Below are positions 11,891 to 25,194 of a DNA stretch of 64,000 bases, piece by piece. The position numbers and the translations under genes were made by a program. Each line of letters begins with the position of its first letter. The first letter of the stretch is position 1. Location: positions 99,817,622-99,881,621 of the forward strand of contig NC_068987.1 of the NCBI RefSeq assembly GCF_001194135.2, written 5' to 3'. The notes beneath the pieces were generated by a model. That model ran no database searches and had not been told where the DNA came from. It saw only the letters and a list, made by a program, of their open reading frames with translations. The stretch comes from Octopus bimaculoides. Lineage: Eukaryota.

Positions 11891-12730
11891 ATAATACTGA
11901 TAAAAATTTGCTAGTGACTTCATGCATGATACCCAGTTTGAACAGCTTGTTGGAAGTGTGTCAACGGTTGTTGCAAAGACACTGACATTCATAGCAAAGA
12001 AAAAACATATGAACAATAGTGAAGCAGGTGACAATAAATACCTCTGTATGACAAATATATGTAGACCCGAAGCACTCCCCTTGGTGACTAAATATATCAG
12101 GACTAAAGGAAAGAGCGAAATCTTCATCGTAGCTGCTCAAGAACTACCAAGCCGATATGATTTAAAATAGAGTAGACTAAAATATCACCTAATCTCTGGA
12201 TGTAAGGTTTCAGCACCTATAGAGTATAAATCAAAACATTACATACTTCGCCGATATCTACAGGGGTTAATATATCAGCATAATATAATCAAAACTCTTG
12301 ACAAATAGCATAAGCACCACCCTGAGCTGTCACTGACAGAGAAAATGTAATGATTCTTTTGGACTTGACTTTCCAGTACATACAGACTGCACCATCAAAG
12401 TTAATAAACCGGATATTGTTGTGAAAGACCAAAACAATGGATTCTGTTTATTGATTAAGATGAGCTTATCTTGTGATCATAATATCAGGGAGAAGAATTT
12501 GAAAAGGTCAGAAAATATAAAGATTTGCTTATTGAAACCGGAAAAATATGTCATCTCAAGACGGTTACACTGCCAGGCATTGTAGGACACTTGAGGTGAT
12601 CATAAAATGAACTAAAAATTATTTGAGAATGATCTCTGGCTTACCATCCTGACAGTAAGTGCAAAAGATCGTTTGAGCTGGTACGTCACACGTATTAAGA
12701 AAGGTATTGTTGCAGTGTATTTTCTTTCAT
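11890..12730 (+). mobile_element. Degraded R4/Dong-type non-LTR fragment (zinc knuckle to RLE domain)
   Basis: FIVAAQE..LPSRY, NKPDIVVKD, a KYKDL-like motif and GIVGHL match RLE-type ORF ends. Confidence 0.75.
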
Positions 12731-12940
12731 TTTATCCCCATTATTTTCGTTGCTTATTTTTTTTTCTTATTTCTCACACTTTTAAAATATTTTTTCCATC
12801 CTTTTACTTTCTTTCTATGTTCCCCTATTTTCTCCCACATAACTTTATAGATAAACAATCTGGTGTGTATATTTTAATGAATTCTCTCTCCTATGTGTCG
12901 AGTAGACATTGAGGAAGAAGTGGAAACAAAAGTGAAGGAA

Positions 12941-12999
<59 letters not shown>

Positions 13000-13003
13000 T
13001 AAT

Positions 13004-13441
13004 AGTCAAAACGAAGAGCGCGATGTTAGATGTTTTATTTTTTGAACAACATTTCGACAGAATGTATGAGGAGAAATATGTTTGCGGGTTATTGACATCA
13101 CGCCCTGGAAGAATGAATAAGATGACAGGAGAATATCATCAAATTTATACAAAACTGTTTGATTGNNNNNNNNNNNNNNNNNNNNNNNNNNNNNNNTTCT
13201 TTTCTTTTTCTGTCGTCTTCCTTTTTCTTTCTTTCTTTCTGCTTATTAAAAAACTGACAAAAGCTGATGATGTCATTCTATCAACGTATGGACGCTGATT
13301 ACTCACGTTCATAGTTTACGTTTGGTTTCTGAAATTTTGAATTTTCATTCACCTTTTGGTTTGAACTTGAGAAAGACAGACGTTCTGTCGAAATGTTGTT
13401 AAAAAAATAAAACATCTAAAATCGCGCTCTTCGTTTTGACT
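13004..13441. mobile_element. MITE-like element with about 62-bp terminal inverted repeats
   Basis: AGTCAAAACGAAGAGCGCGATGTTAGATGTTTTATTTTTTGAACAACATTTCGACAGAATGT (13004-13065) is a near-perfect reverse complement of 13380-13441. Confidence 0.8.
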
Positions 13442-13507
13442 GTTTACCTTCGTGAAGAGTTACGTCACTCCTTTTTTTAAAAATATAATAATAATAATAA
13501 TAATAAT

Positions 13508-13540
<33 letters not shown>

Positions 13541-13541
<1 letters not shown>

Positions 13542-14220
13542 TTTTGGGCAGCGCACAGTAATACCATGTTACAACAATGAACCAGAGAGCTTCGATAAAA
13601 AACAATCTCACAAATTGCGATTGCAGTAAGCTTGGCTCCAAAAACGCTTCAAAAACGTGGCTACGTTTTTTTGACCGGCACACACACGACCCATAGGAGG
13701 TCGCTGACAACAATGAATATAAGATCCTGTGGGATTTTACAACCCAATGTGACACAGTAATCGTTTTTCGGGGACCAGACTGTTGGCGTAGATGAAAGAA
13801 ATAAAGAAACAAAGATCATAGATATTACAATACCTGGGCATGCACACGCAAATGACAAAGAGCTGGGAAAAGTGGGGAAATACAGACTAGTAAAAAATGA
13901 AATTGCAAGAACGTAGGCAATAAGGAAAGTAGCCATTTATCCTAGTCGTTGTAGGGGCACTTGGCGCAATAACAACCAGTTTCGAGAAATATGTCGGAGG
14001 AATTCGAATTGAGATGACAGCAGAGCAGACCAAAAAACTGCTCTATTGTGGACGGGACAGCTAAAATTTTAAGTGTGGTGTGCTTTCCGCGATAAAATAG
14101 CATTCAAATATCAAAGCCTATAATTTGCGGAAAGAGACGCTGTGAGGCTTCTGAGACTAGGTTGCTGTCTTTCCTTACATAATCAACCAGAGCAAGTAAA
14201 ACCCAGAGCTCTGGGAAGTA
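13541..14220 (+). mobile_element. Degraded R4/Dong-type non-LTR fragment (RLE domain plus 3' UTR)
   Basis: KILWDFTTQCDTVI, KELGKVGKYRLVKNEIART and VVVGALGAI; preceded by (TAA)n at about 13488-13540. Confidence 0.8.
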
Positions 14221-14227
14221 AATTAAG

Positions 14228-14228
14228 G

Positions 14229-14263
<35 letters not shown>

Positions 14264-14322
14264 GTAGTAGTAGTAGTAGTAGTAGCAGTAGTAGTAGTAG
14301 TACCAGTGGCAGCAGCAGGAGC

Positions 14323-14380
<58 letters not shown>

Positions 14381-14400
14381 GTAGTAGTAGTAGTAGTAGT
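14228..14400. repeat. Compound microsatellite (CAG)n-(TAG)n-(TAT)n-(TAG)n
   Basis: Direct inspection. Confidence 0.95.
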
Positions 14401-15344
14401 CGTTAAAATTTACATAAGTACATATCTGCAGGATCATCAGCGTAGTCTGTCGATATGAAATATAATTTCCAGAACTAGACACAAGACGTCCACCCGAAGG
14501 GGAGCACGTGTAGAGTTCTACAAATTACATTCTGTGTATCCTTTCAAATGTCTTCAATCTGGCGCGCTAGGTCCGGAAATAATTCTGCGGTTAATAAATT
14601 TTTGCAGCTAATTTACCGGTTTGAGAACATCATTATTAAAAATTTNNNNNNNNNNNNNNNNNNNNNNNNNNNNNNNNNNNNNNNNNNNNNNNNNNNNNNN
14701 NNNNNNNNNNNNNNNNNNNNNNNNNNNNNNNNNNNNNNNNNNNNNNNNNNNNNNNNNNNNNNNNNNNNNNNNNNNNNNNNNNNNNNNNNNNNNNNNNNNN
14801 NNNNNNNNNNNNNNNNNNNNNNNNNNNNNNNNNNNNNNNNNNNNNNNNNNNNNNNNNNNNNNNNNNNNNNNNNNNNNNNNNNNNNNNNNNNNNNNNNNNN
14901 NNNNNNNNNNNNNNNNNNNNNNNNNNNNNNNNNNNNNNNNNNNNNNNNNNNNNNNNNNNNNNNNNNNNNNNNNNNNNNNNNNNNNNNNNNNNNNNNNNNN
15001 NNNNNNNNNNNNNNNNNNNNNNNNNNNNNNNNNNNNNNNNNNNNNNNNNNNNNNNNNNNNNNNNNNNNNNNNNNNACAATAAATCCACTGGATTCTAAAA
15101 TAGAAAGAAAACTAACTCGTTAGAATCCGAACAAAATTATACCAAAAACCTACATTTGTATATTTTTAATTTTTAATTGCTGTCGCTGTATTCGCCTCCT
15201 CCTACACCCTTTCTTAGTTTCTTAAAAGTTTACTAATATAAACAATTGCAGAAGAGGACAATTGGTGGTTGTGAAATATTTCTCAACAATATTCACCATC
15301 TTATAGATTTTACAATAAAGGTTCTCCTCCGAAAAGCTACCGGG

Positions 15345-15416
15345 CTACATGTACAATATATTCTACATGTACAATATATTCTACATGTACAATATATTCT
15401 ACATGTACAATATATT
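15345..15416. repeat. 18-bp minisatellite, 4 perfect copies of CTACATGTACAATATATT
   Basis: Direct inspection. Confidence 0.95.
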
Positions 15417-17276
15417 TTCGTATATCTACGTGTGTATGCATGCTTATGATTACATGCATGTATTGACATGATCAAACATTTAGATGTTAGATTCTAACAT
15501 TTCACGTGACTAAATATTCTTGAACGTTTAGCTTATTTATCATGTTGATGAAGATTTGATTCTATATATTTAGCAAATAATATATATCCACTGGTTATCT
15601 TCGGACCCCTTATTGTTATGTGGATGAGCCGTATACATCATCATATCCTTTTTTTTAAATTTAGTAAGAAGTCATTTTATTCATTTGGGTTTGACAGCAA
15701 TATCTAAACTCTATTTTAGAAGTTTAACCGCTTCGTATGTAATGCAGATTCCCAGATGAACTTCAATATCTCCCTAGTGAAAATGATGAGTATATTAATT
15801 ATTCTAATATCCTCACAAAAGTCATCACAGCCTATCTACAATACCAATGGGATTGTTCATCAGTACTGAAGTATTGAATTGTTTTATATCATCGCCTGGG
15901 TCTTTGATTAACATCCCACCGCCATCTCATACTCTAGTTTAGTGAGTTTAAAATGGAGGACACTGGAAGCAATTTTTCAATTTTTTTTTATCGATCTCAT
16001 AGTATTAATTCCAATCACTAGCGTACATGAAGATTTTGATTTAAAGGACAAATGTGATTACTATTGATTCGTACCAGACCAAGAAAAGTATGGTGAATAG
16101 TATAGCATGCATTTAGTTCTCTCAAGTTCAATGTTGACTATCTCTCATTGATTTTGCTGCACCGCAATAAACCCTGGAAATACCATCTAAAATATTCTCT
16201 AATCTGTGAAAGTGAACCAAACATATGCACACTTTATAGAATCTATTATATAGATAATCTTGATTCAGATAATAGAATATCAATTCATTATTTATCTCAG
16301 TATCTTACTAAATCTAATTTGCCTTGGAGCCAAGCATTTTCTCCTCGTGTCACAGAAAAGAGACAAATCTCCTTAAATTCCCATATTACTAAAGTAAAAG
16401 TTGAAGAAAGTATTTAACAACATATCTCTTAGTGTACACGTCTAGACAATGAGAGACTGTATTATTGCATTTTACTATGTCATTTTTCAAATATCAACGA
16501 TATCCACATGGGTAGTGTTTAAATAGCAGAAACCGCTAAGCCAGTTTCCTAACCCTGGTGCATATGGCGCTTGTGGGGTCCATATAAGATTTTGTTCTTG
16601 AAATCTATGTGCTGTAACTTGGTTATATCTCTACAATATACGAAATATTTGGTTAAATTTCTATAACATACAGAATATTAATATACAACACATAATTATA
16701 TTTAATACCATAAACGTTTTAAACACTGAATGACTAAGAGAATCCGCCCAAGTAAAACACGAATCAGAGAGGTCCCATAGCATGTGTATCCATTCTATAT
16801 CTCTAATAGTTAGTCTGCAAACGTCATATGGAGTTAGTGACTTTTCTTATAACTAATAACCGCAAAATGGACAAAATTCTGCGGGAGCTACTAAATGATA
16901 TGAAATGCTCCTTTCTCTGTCAATCCAAATACACAGATATATTAGAATTATATTAATAATTTACTCATATACTCATAACCGTGTAACCTGTTCCCCCGTT
17001 TGAAAATGTTATTTGTTATTCTGTCATATATACTTAAGATCTAAATAAATATGTTTATGGTCCGTTTAGTTCACTTTTCAATGTCAGAGAAGAGGAGCAA
17101 TCAAATGTTTGTTTCTCGACATGTGATAATTAGGAATATATTGGAAAGTGAAAAAGCATGTTCTGGTTGAATAGTCTCGCTTCAGTCATCTAAACGCGTT
17201 GTACATATTTATTTCCAGTATGAGTTGAGATACCTCACATTTATACTACAAGAGAGATTATAAACATACGTATACA

Positions 17277-17324
<48 letters not shown>

Positions 17325-17993
17325 TGTATGTGTGTGTGTGTGTGTATGCGTCTGTGAATGTGTGTGTATAAACATATATGTATATTTATATGTGCGTATG
17401 TGTACGTGCATGTGTGTGTATATACATGCGTATTTATGTGTATGTAAGTACGCATACACTATAGATGCTTGTAAAACACATATATGTTAGTTTAGCGTGT
17501 AAAATTTCAATATATACGTAAATCTATGGATATATAACTGCATGTACATACATAATAAGACAATATACACTAGACACACAAACGGAAATGAGAGTATTAC
17601 ATTTCCTAGAAGCTAGTTGAAATTTGAGAGAGGCAGTATCCAGTTCAATCATCCAGTGAAGATGATTACAATACATAATCCTAAGCTCTCAATGAATATC
17701 CATGCAAAACACGTCTTACTTCTAGTGAAAAAATAACGATGATTATGAAATAGAAAGATATTTACACGAGCGCGCACACATGCAGACAAACATATATGTA
17801 CATACACACTAAGGTTTGTGAGTATATGAGAAGAGTATGCCCGACATGTTCGATGCTCATGTACATATATATTTTTTCTGCATAAATTCACTTTGTGAAT
17901 TTTACCATTTTCTGCTAAATAATTTGTTTAGTTATATATATGTGGGTGTCTGTTATATGTACATATATATCCTACACACACACACCACATACA

Positions 17994-18034
<41 letters not shown>

Positions 18035-18536
18035 ACACACACACATACACACACACACATACATATATATGTATACTCAAACTTACAAACTAGTATTCTA
18101 TGCATTTCACACACATATACACACTCACACTCACACAAACATTCACACACGCAAGCACTCACGCGCGCGGATAAACCTATTTACTTGTTCCAGAATGGCA
18201 ATTTCGTATCTAGTTGTTATATCTAGGCGAAGTTCGCATTAGAGTTCTAAATTGAGACAAATTATTTTTGCAGAGTAATTATATACTAAAACAGATGTTT
18301 TGAAATATTTTTGATATTATTTATTCAACATGAGACATGTTTCATTTGCTGAGGGGGACTAGAGGAATGTGCATATAGGATAAACATGAATAAATTCGTA
18401 TTAGAAATTCTTCTGACAGGGAAACAAATAACACAAAATTTATATTTGGATGAAACGTATATATATTATTAGTTAGTAATTAGTGGTGACATAACATTTT
18501 TAGAAAGAGAATAAAGAGCAGGGTGTAGTACAGACT

Positions 18537-18592
<56 letters not shown>

Positions 18593-19507
18593 NNNNNNNN
18601 NNNNNNNNNNNNNNNNNNNNNNNNNNNNNNNNNNNNNNNNNNNNNNNNNNNNNNNNNNNNNNNNNNNNNNNNNNNNNNNNNNNNNNNNNNNNNNNNNNNN
18701 NNNNNNNNNNNNNNNNNNNNNNNNNNNNNNNNNNNNNNNNNNNNNNNNNNNNNNNNNNNNNNNNNNNNNNNNNNNNNNNNNNNNNNNNNNNNNNNNNNNN
18801 NNNNNNNNNNNNNNNNNNNNNNNNNNNNNNNNNNNNNNNNNNNNNNNNNNNNNNNNNNNNNNNNNNNNNNNNNNNNNNNNNNNNNNNNNNNNNNNNNNNN
18901 NNNNNNNNNNNNNNNNNNNNNNNNNNNNNNNNNNNNNNNNNNNNNNNNNNNNNNNNNNNNNNNNNNNNNNNNNNNNNNNNNNNNNNNNNNNNNNNNNNNN
19001 NNNNNNNNNNNNNNNNNNNNNNNNNNNNNNNNNNNNNNNNNNNNNNNNNNNNNNNNNNNNNNNNNNNNNNNNNNNNNNNNNNNNNNNNNNNNNNNNNNNN
19101 NNNNNNNNNNNNNNNNNNNNNNNNNNNNNNNNNNNNNNNNNNNNNNNNNNNNNNNNNNNNNNNNNNNNNNNNNNNNNNNNNNNNNNNNNNNNNNNNNNNN
19201 NNNNNNNNNNNNNNNNNNNNNNNNNNNNNNNNNNNNNNNNNNNNNNNNNNNNNNNNNNNNNNNNNNNNNNNNNNNNNNNNNNNNNNNNNNNNNNNNNNNN
19301 NNNNNNNNNNNNNNNNNNNNNNNNNNNNNNNNNNNNNNNNNNNNNNNNNNNNNNNNNNNNNNNNNNNNNNNNNNNNNNNNNNNNNNNNNNNNNNNNNNNN
19401 NNNNNNNNNNNNNNNNNNNNNNNNNNNNNNNNNNNNNNNNNNNNNNNNNNNNNNNNNNNNNNNNNNNNNNNNNNNNNNNNNNNNNNNNNNNNNNNNNNTA
19501 TATATAA

Positions 19508-19538
<31 letters not shown>

Positions 19539-19869
19539 TACTCGTATGCATACAAAGACAGTTATATACACATTTAAACACGCACACATACACACACACA
19601 AGCACATACGTAAGGATACAAACATACCGAGACATATATGACGAAATATACCCAAACACAAACACATACATACCTACAAACTTCAGATGAAAATTATTAC
19701 ATTACATATTTAGTACGAGTAACAAAGAAATAAAATATGAACATAGACATTGATACATAATTTTTTGAAATGCTCATATATAACAGAAAAAAAGAACATA
19801 TCTATGTACATATACATAAATTATTTAAACACAATTTCAGTAGGCGAAATAGGTCGATGTACCACTATA

Positions 19870-21020
19870 TACGATTGTCGGCTGAAAGGTCCATAGGCTG
19901 ACCAAGATACTTTCATGGAATATGACCAAATAAGATTTAATTTTAAACATAGACCCCTGTGCAGTCTATACACCTCCTCAATCGGTATTGCAGTGCTTGC
20001 ATCAGATTGTTGAAGAAACTTTCATCTAGTTGATCAAAAAGTTAATCAACGGGAGAGATGATAAGTAGGCTGTACCAATACGTATAAATAGCTAGACAAA
20101 AAGCGTCGAGGAGAGGGGAGAGCGGAAGGGCGAGACGAAGCCGTCGGTAGACTAGACGTCGAGTTCGGTAGAGTCGAGTCTTCGGAAGTGAGAGTCGGGT
20201 AGAAGTTATTCGCACGTGCGATATAACACGAACATATGACGTCATCATCAGTGCAGCACAAGTTCCCAGCTATGTGTTTCCTTTATGATGTGCAAAAGAT
20301 AAGTGTGATATGGGGCCAAATCAAGTGAGTATCGAGGTTGATCAACCCGTTAGAAGTCCCAGTCACACATAGGAGATACTGATATCAGGGGCTTGTGTCC
20401 TGCAGCATTGTCCTGAGGAAAGAAAATCATTTTTGTCCGATTTCCTGAATGTTTTGGTCTCGATAAACTTTTGTAACTGTCTCCGCAAATTGGCGTAGAC
20501 CTCACCATTGATGATGTGGCCCATTGAAAATCAAATCAACACGATGCATTTTGAATCCAAAAGATCTGAGGCAAGCAACTTCCCTGCAGAAGGCAGAAAC
20601 TTGCCTTATTTGGAGCAGGTAATGAGGTATTTCTACTGCATGAGTTGTCCTTTTGTCTTTGGCTAGAAGAAATGATCCTAGCGCACATTCTGATATAGGG
20701 AGATTTCAGTTCAAGGAGATCTGCTTGGTGAGAATCAAGCAATATCAGATTTTCGCGTAATGTGATCAGTTTGGTGCACTTCTGATAATTTGCAACACCC
20801 ACCGAGAAGAAACATTCATTTTGTTAAGTTCATTACGCAGAATATTCTCAACACTCTCACGTGGTGAACACGATCAGTGGTAACAGTGAGAGGATTTCAA
20901 GATGTCAACTTTAAGGGTCAACTTTAAGACACTCCGTTCCCCGCCTTAATTCAGCTCTCCACATTTGCACAATAGATTAGCTCGAGCGCCATCCGATAAT
21001 GAAGCAACTATAATATCAAA
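19870..21020 (-). mobile_element. Degraded mariner transposon interrupted by an insertion
   Basis: VYANLRRQLQKFI, PRYSLDLAP (degenerate YSPDLAP), TDDDVI and DQLDESFF...ALQYRLRRCIDCTGVYV, then a TIR-like ATACGATTGTCGGCTGAAAGGTCCATAGGCTGAC. Confidence 0.8.
20051..20234 (+). mobile_element. CpG-rich insertion nested in the mariner; possible partial solo LTR
   Basis: Splits mariner codons DDDVI and VD; contains TATAAATAG, iterated GAGTC/GTCG motifs and ends in CA. Confidence 0.45.
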
Positions 21021-22349
21021 AATATGTGTGGAAGATAAACCTTTTACCAGCAGCTACCTTAAAACGCAACGATGCCAAATTTTGTCTATTTTCAACAGAT
21101 ATGACCAATTGTTACTTTTCAGGTCTTGTTTCGAGAGTCTTTGAGATCTTCTTCAAAGAAGACTTCTTTGAAATCTTCTTTGAAGACACAAATATTACTT
21201 TACTTGAAAGAAAACAATGGTGCTATTTATAAGCACAGGTAAAATTAACGCCTGCAAGACTTCACAAATCTAGCATTAATTATTCATAGTCAACCTATGA
21301 CCGTTTCAGGTCATAAGAATTCCTACAATCCCACACAGGGAAATGCACGTCTGCACACTTTTAATTACATTGTAATACTGAATAAAACTTATATNNNNNN
21401 NNNNNNNNNNNNNNNNNNNNNNNNNNNNNNNNNNNNNNNNNNNNNNNNNNNNNNNNNNNNNNNNNNNNNNNNNNNNNNNNNNNNNNNNNNNNNNNNNNNN
21501 NNNNNNNNNNNNNNNNNNNNNNNNNNNNNNNNNNNNNNNNNNNNNNNNNNNNNNNNNNNNNNNNNNNNNNNNNNNNNNNNNNNNNNNNNNNNNNNNNNNN
21601 NNNNNNNNNNNNNNNNNNNNNNNNNNNNNNNNNNNNNNNNNNNNNNNNNNNNNNNNNNNNNNNNNNNNNNNNNNNNNNNNNNNNNNNNNNNNNNNNNNNN
21701 NNNNNNNNNNNNNNNNNNNNNNNNNNNNNNNNNNNNNNNNNNNNNNNNNNNNNNNNNNNNNNNNNNNNNNNNNNNNNNNNNNNNNNNNNNNNNNNNNNNN
21801 NNNNNNNNNNNNNNNNNNNNNNNNNNNNNNNNNNNNNNNNNNNNNNNNNNNNNNNNNNNNNNNNNNNNNNNNNNNNNNNNNNNNNNNNNNNNNNNNNNNN
21901 NNNNNNNNNNNNNNNNNNNNNNNNNNNNNNNNNNNNNNNNNNNNNNNNNNNNNNNNNNNNNNNNNNNNNNNNNNNNNNNNNNNNNNNNNNNNNNNNNNNN
22001 NNNNNNNNNNNNNNNNNNNNNNNNNNNNNNNNNNNNNNNNNNNNNNNNNNNNNNNNNNNNNNNNNNNNNNNNNNNNNNNNNNNNNNNNNNNNNNNNNNNN
22101 NNNNNNNNNNNNNNNNNNNNNNNNNNNNNNNNNNNNNNNNNNNNNNNNNNNNNNNNNNNNNNNNNNNNNNNNNNNNNNNNNNNNNNNNNNNNNNNNNNNN
22201 NNNNNNNNNNNNNNNNNNNNNNNNNNNNNNNNNNNNNNNNNNNNNNNNNNNNNNNNNNNNNNNNNNNNNNNNNNNNNNNNNNNNNNNNNNNNNNNNNNNN
22301 NNNNNNNNNNNNNNNNNNNNNNNNNNNNNNNNNNNNNNNNNNNNNNNNN

Positions 22350-23460
22350 GGGTATCTGCCTGTTTTGAGGAAAACGAATTTGTTCTTTATACAGCATTAC
22401 TCTGCGCCTCAAAGAAAGTCTCATTTGGCCCACATGATTGTGGCCACAGTCTGAGCACTTTAGGATATTAATCAGGTTCTGAGAGGCACATGTGAAGTCG
22501 GTTTTAATTAGAAATATTTCTCCTTGCTGTAGTGTAAATTTCGAGCCTTCAGTTAGGTTTGGACCTGTGCCACAATTAGGTCGTTTTCTTGTTTTGAAAA
22601 TGCCAAGGATACATCCGACAACATTGTAATATGCACATGGAACGATGCATTATTACTCATGTCGGGGCTCAGGTCACGCACTGATTTTGATTCAGGGATT
22701 GCAATGCCTTCTGTGCCAGTGTATCCTCTCTACTTTTCATTAACGATCGTGTGGTGGTAGCGCAGGGGTTGGAATTCTCCAGTATTAAACGGCATGTTAT
22801 TTTCTTCAGTCCGCCTCTATATTGTGTCCCACTCGTGTTCCAGATCCGCAACGTCGCGCGAGCTTTGTATCTGGTGAGCGACTTTTGTATGATCGGCATA
22901 ACAAGCAGGGGTGGCTATCCGAGCAAGTGAGCGCATGTCTGAGAGGGCAACTTTGAATAGCAGTGACCCAAAAACATTGCCCTGTGGAACACTACTCATT
23001 ATTGGTGCTTCCTTGGATGTGGCATCGTTGGCCACGTCTACATGACTTTTATCTTTTAGAAAGTCATGTAGCTATTCTCCAAGTTTTCCAACTATGACAC
23101 GATTACGCAGCTTGTGACACATCATACCATAGTCGAATTTATCAAATGATTTTGCAATGTCGAGATTATATCACGTACACATTTATGGTGTTCAGAAGTA
23201 GTGCTGCAAGTGCTCTATAAGCTAACTTCAAACTGATCAGCAAGTCATTCTCTTCAAAAAGTGCAATAACTCTCTTTCCTGTGGCAAAAGTATCTGGGGC
23301 GTGAGATCGTCACGGATGGACATTGCTAATCCATCGTGTCTCTTGTCTTTTCTGGCGCCTCGTAATACAACATAATTTGGTATGTGCTTTTCTGCATCTA
23401 CGACGTCGTGTTTCATGTGTATTTCGGTGAGTGGTATGAATAAGGCTTTGATTGCACGCC
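22350..23460 (-). mobile_element. CR1-type LINE relic with endonuclease fused to RT by an internal deletion
   Basis: EN-like KDKRHDGLAMSIRDDLTPQIL directly precedes the RT core (degenerate DFAKAFDKV and SGVPQG, YADHTKV) and the downstream CR1 motifs. Confidence 0.8.
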
Positions 23461-24154
23461 ACAATGTCTCTTAGGAATAATTTTTCGTTCTATCACAGTT
23501 CTCTAGTGTTTATAAAGTATATTTGTGCGACATTTGTATATAAACATATATTATGTTATGTTACTTTGCCTTGCATTTATGCATACATTCATGAGGACAC
23601 GCATACACAGACACATACACAAATAGACACACACATATGTACGCACACACACATATGTACACACACATATCTACGTCCATGTATATATGTATATCGATAC
23701 TGACACATACACACACACACATATATCTTATAAATGAATTACTGTTTATCGGTAGTTGTAGGGAATCTTTGCATACGTTTTTCTATACATACGAGCGTGT
23801 CTCGATGTGTATGCTAATTTGTATGTTTGCTGGAATCATATACAAGATACAATTTATTCTTTTCCTCGGAGCAGTAGTAGAATAATTGCTTGATAAAAGA
23901 TGTCCTTTTTTTTCCTAAGATTCATCTGTACATATAAATAATTTTGTTAGGCACATTTGCACTGATTGTCTTCGTTGTTTCAGTTCTTGAAACTAATATA
24001 TCAATGAATAATATGTCCTATTTTATGCTGTAGTAGTTTCCCAACTTACAGATTTCCTTCCATACACCCATTTATACCTCCTCCAATTCATACTCTGTAA
24101 CAACTGAAGAATTGATATTTTCCACACAATGTTCTCTCTCTCTCAATCTTTCTC

Positions 24155-24200
<46 letters not shown>

Positions 24201-24210
24201 NNNNNNNNNN

Positions 24211-24243
<33 letters not shown>

Positions 24244-24248
24244 ACCCT

Positions 24249-24280
<32 letters not shown>

Positions 24281-24976
24281 CTCTGTGTCAGTCACACACA
24301 GATACATACACGCACAGCATGTTTGCATAGAAATATACTCACACGGAAATAGACAGTGAAAGTCGATGAATATTGATATATATTGGTATATGTGTAAGGT
24401 AATAATATATACGCACCCCCCCCCACACACACACAGAAGTGTGTGTTTGTATGTATTAATGAATGTGTATGCATTTGAAGCTTCAGGTTTGTATCCTATG
24501 CACACACAATAATATATAGCTAAACGCAAAAATACAAACACATGTATGCATGCCTGCATATAACTCACACAAAGATATACGTGTATACATATTTATTTAT
24601 AATTGACCTGACATATACTAAATTTCATGCATACAAACGTAGTTTAGTTCATGAATATTGGCCATACGTATATATGAATTTCTTCATGAAAAGGCCTACT
24701 AAGCCATCAACTATCTCCCTAAAGGGTAAAATGTTAAACGCACTTTACATATATGGTCTATAAAGTACATCTTGTTATCTGTTATATGATTCGACCTAAA
24801 TTAAGCACATATTTATTATCCCGTTCATTGTATACACTGTTCGTTAAGGATTTCTGGAGTCCAATATGTATACCGTGTGTTACATTACTGTTGAGAACGC
24901 CTCTTTCACAAGCTTTAATATACTTCTAACGTTTTTTTGTAGTACCTTTCATTTAAGATAAACAATGATAGTCGTC

Positions 24977-25110
24977 ATGTTGACTCATAAATAGAAGGGG
25001 CACGCTGTATTCGTTGCCTTAAAAGCGCAGGATAATGATAGAGAGATAGTTCGCCTTCTGAAAGTAGCCCGACCCTCTCATGTCCGTAATGTCCAAAATT
25101 GATAAAGAGA
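24977..25110 (+). mobile_element. Tc1-type transposase N-terminal relic
   Basis: HAVFVALKAQDNDREIVRLLKVARP, a helix-turn-helix start typical of this Tc1-like group. Confidence 0.5.
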
Positions 25111-25194
25111 ATCTGATACGGACGTTTCAAGGCTTCTGACTCCTTATTGAACCAGACAACGATGCTGCAAGTGGATTCTTTAGATATGACAAAA

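Noticed and set aside
14228-14310. (CAG)n tract as a polyQ coding region
   Set aside because: Part of a compound microsatellite at the tail of an R4-type relic, with stop-rich (TAG)n/(TAT)n neighbours.
15760-15880. CTGATGA plus ACAAT/ATTGT stem on the minus strand (hammerhead-like)
   Set aside because: The stem is followed by AGAT instead of GAAA and no helix III can be built.
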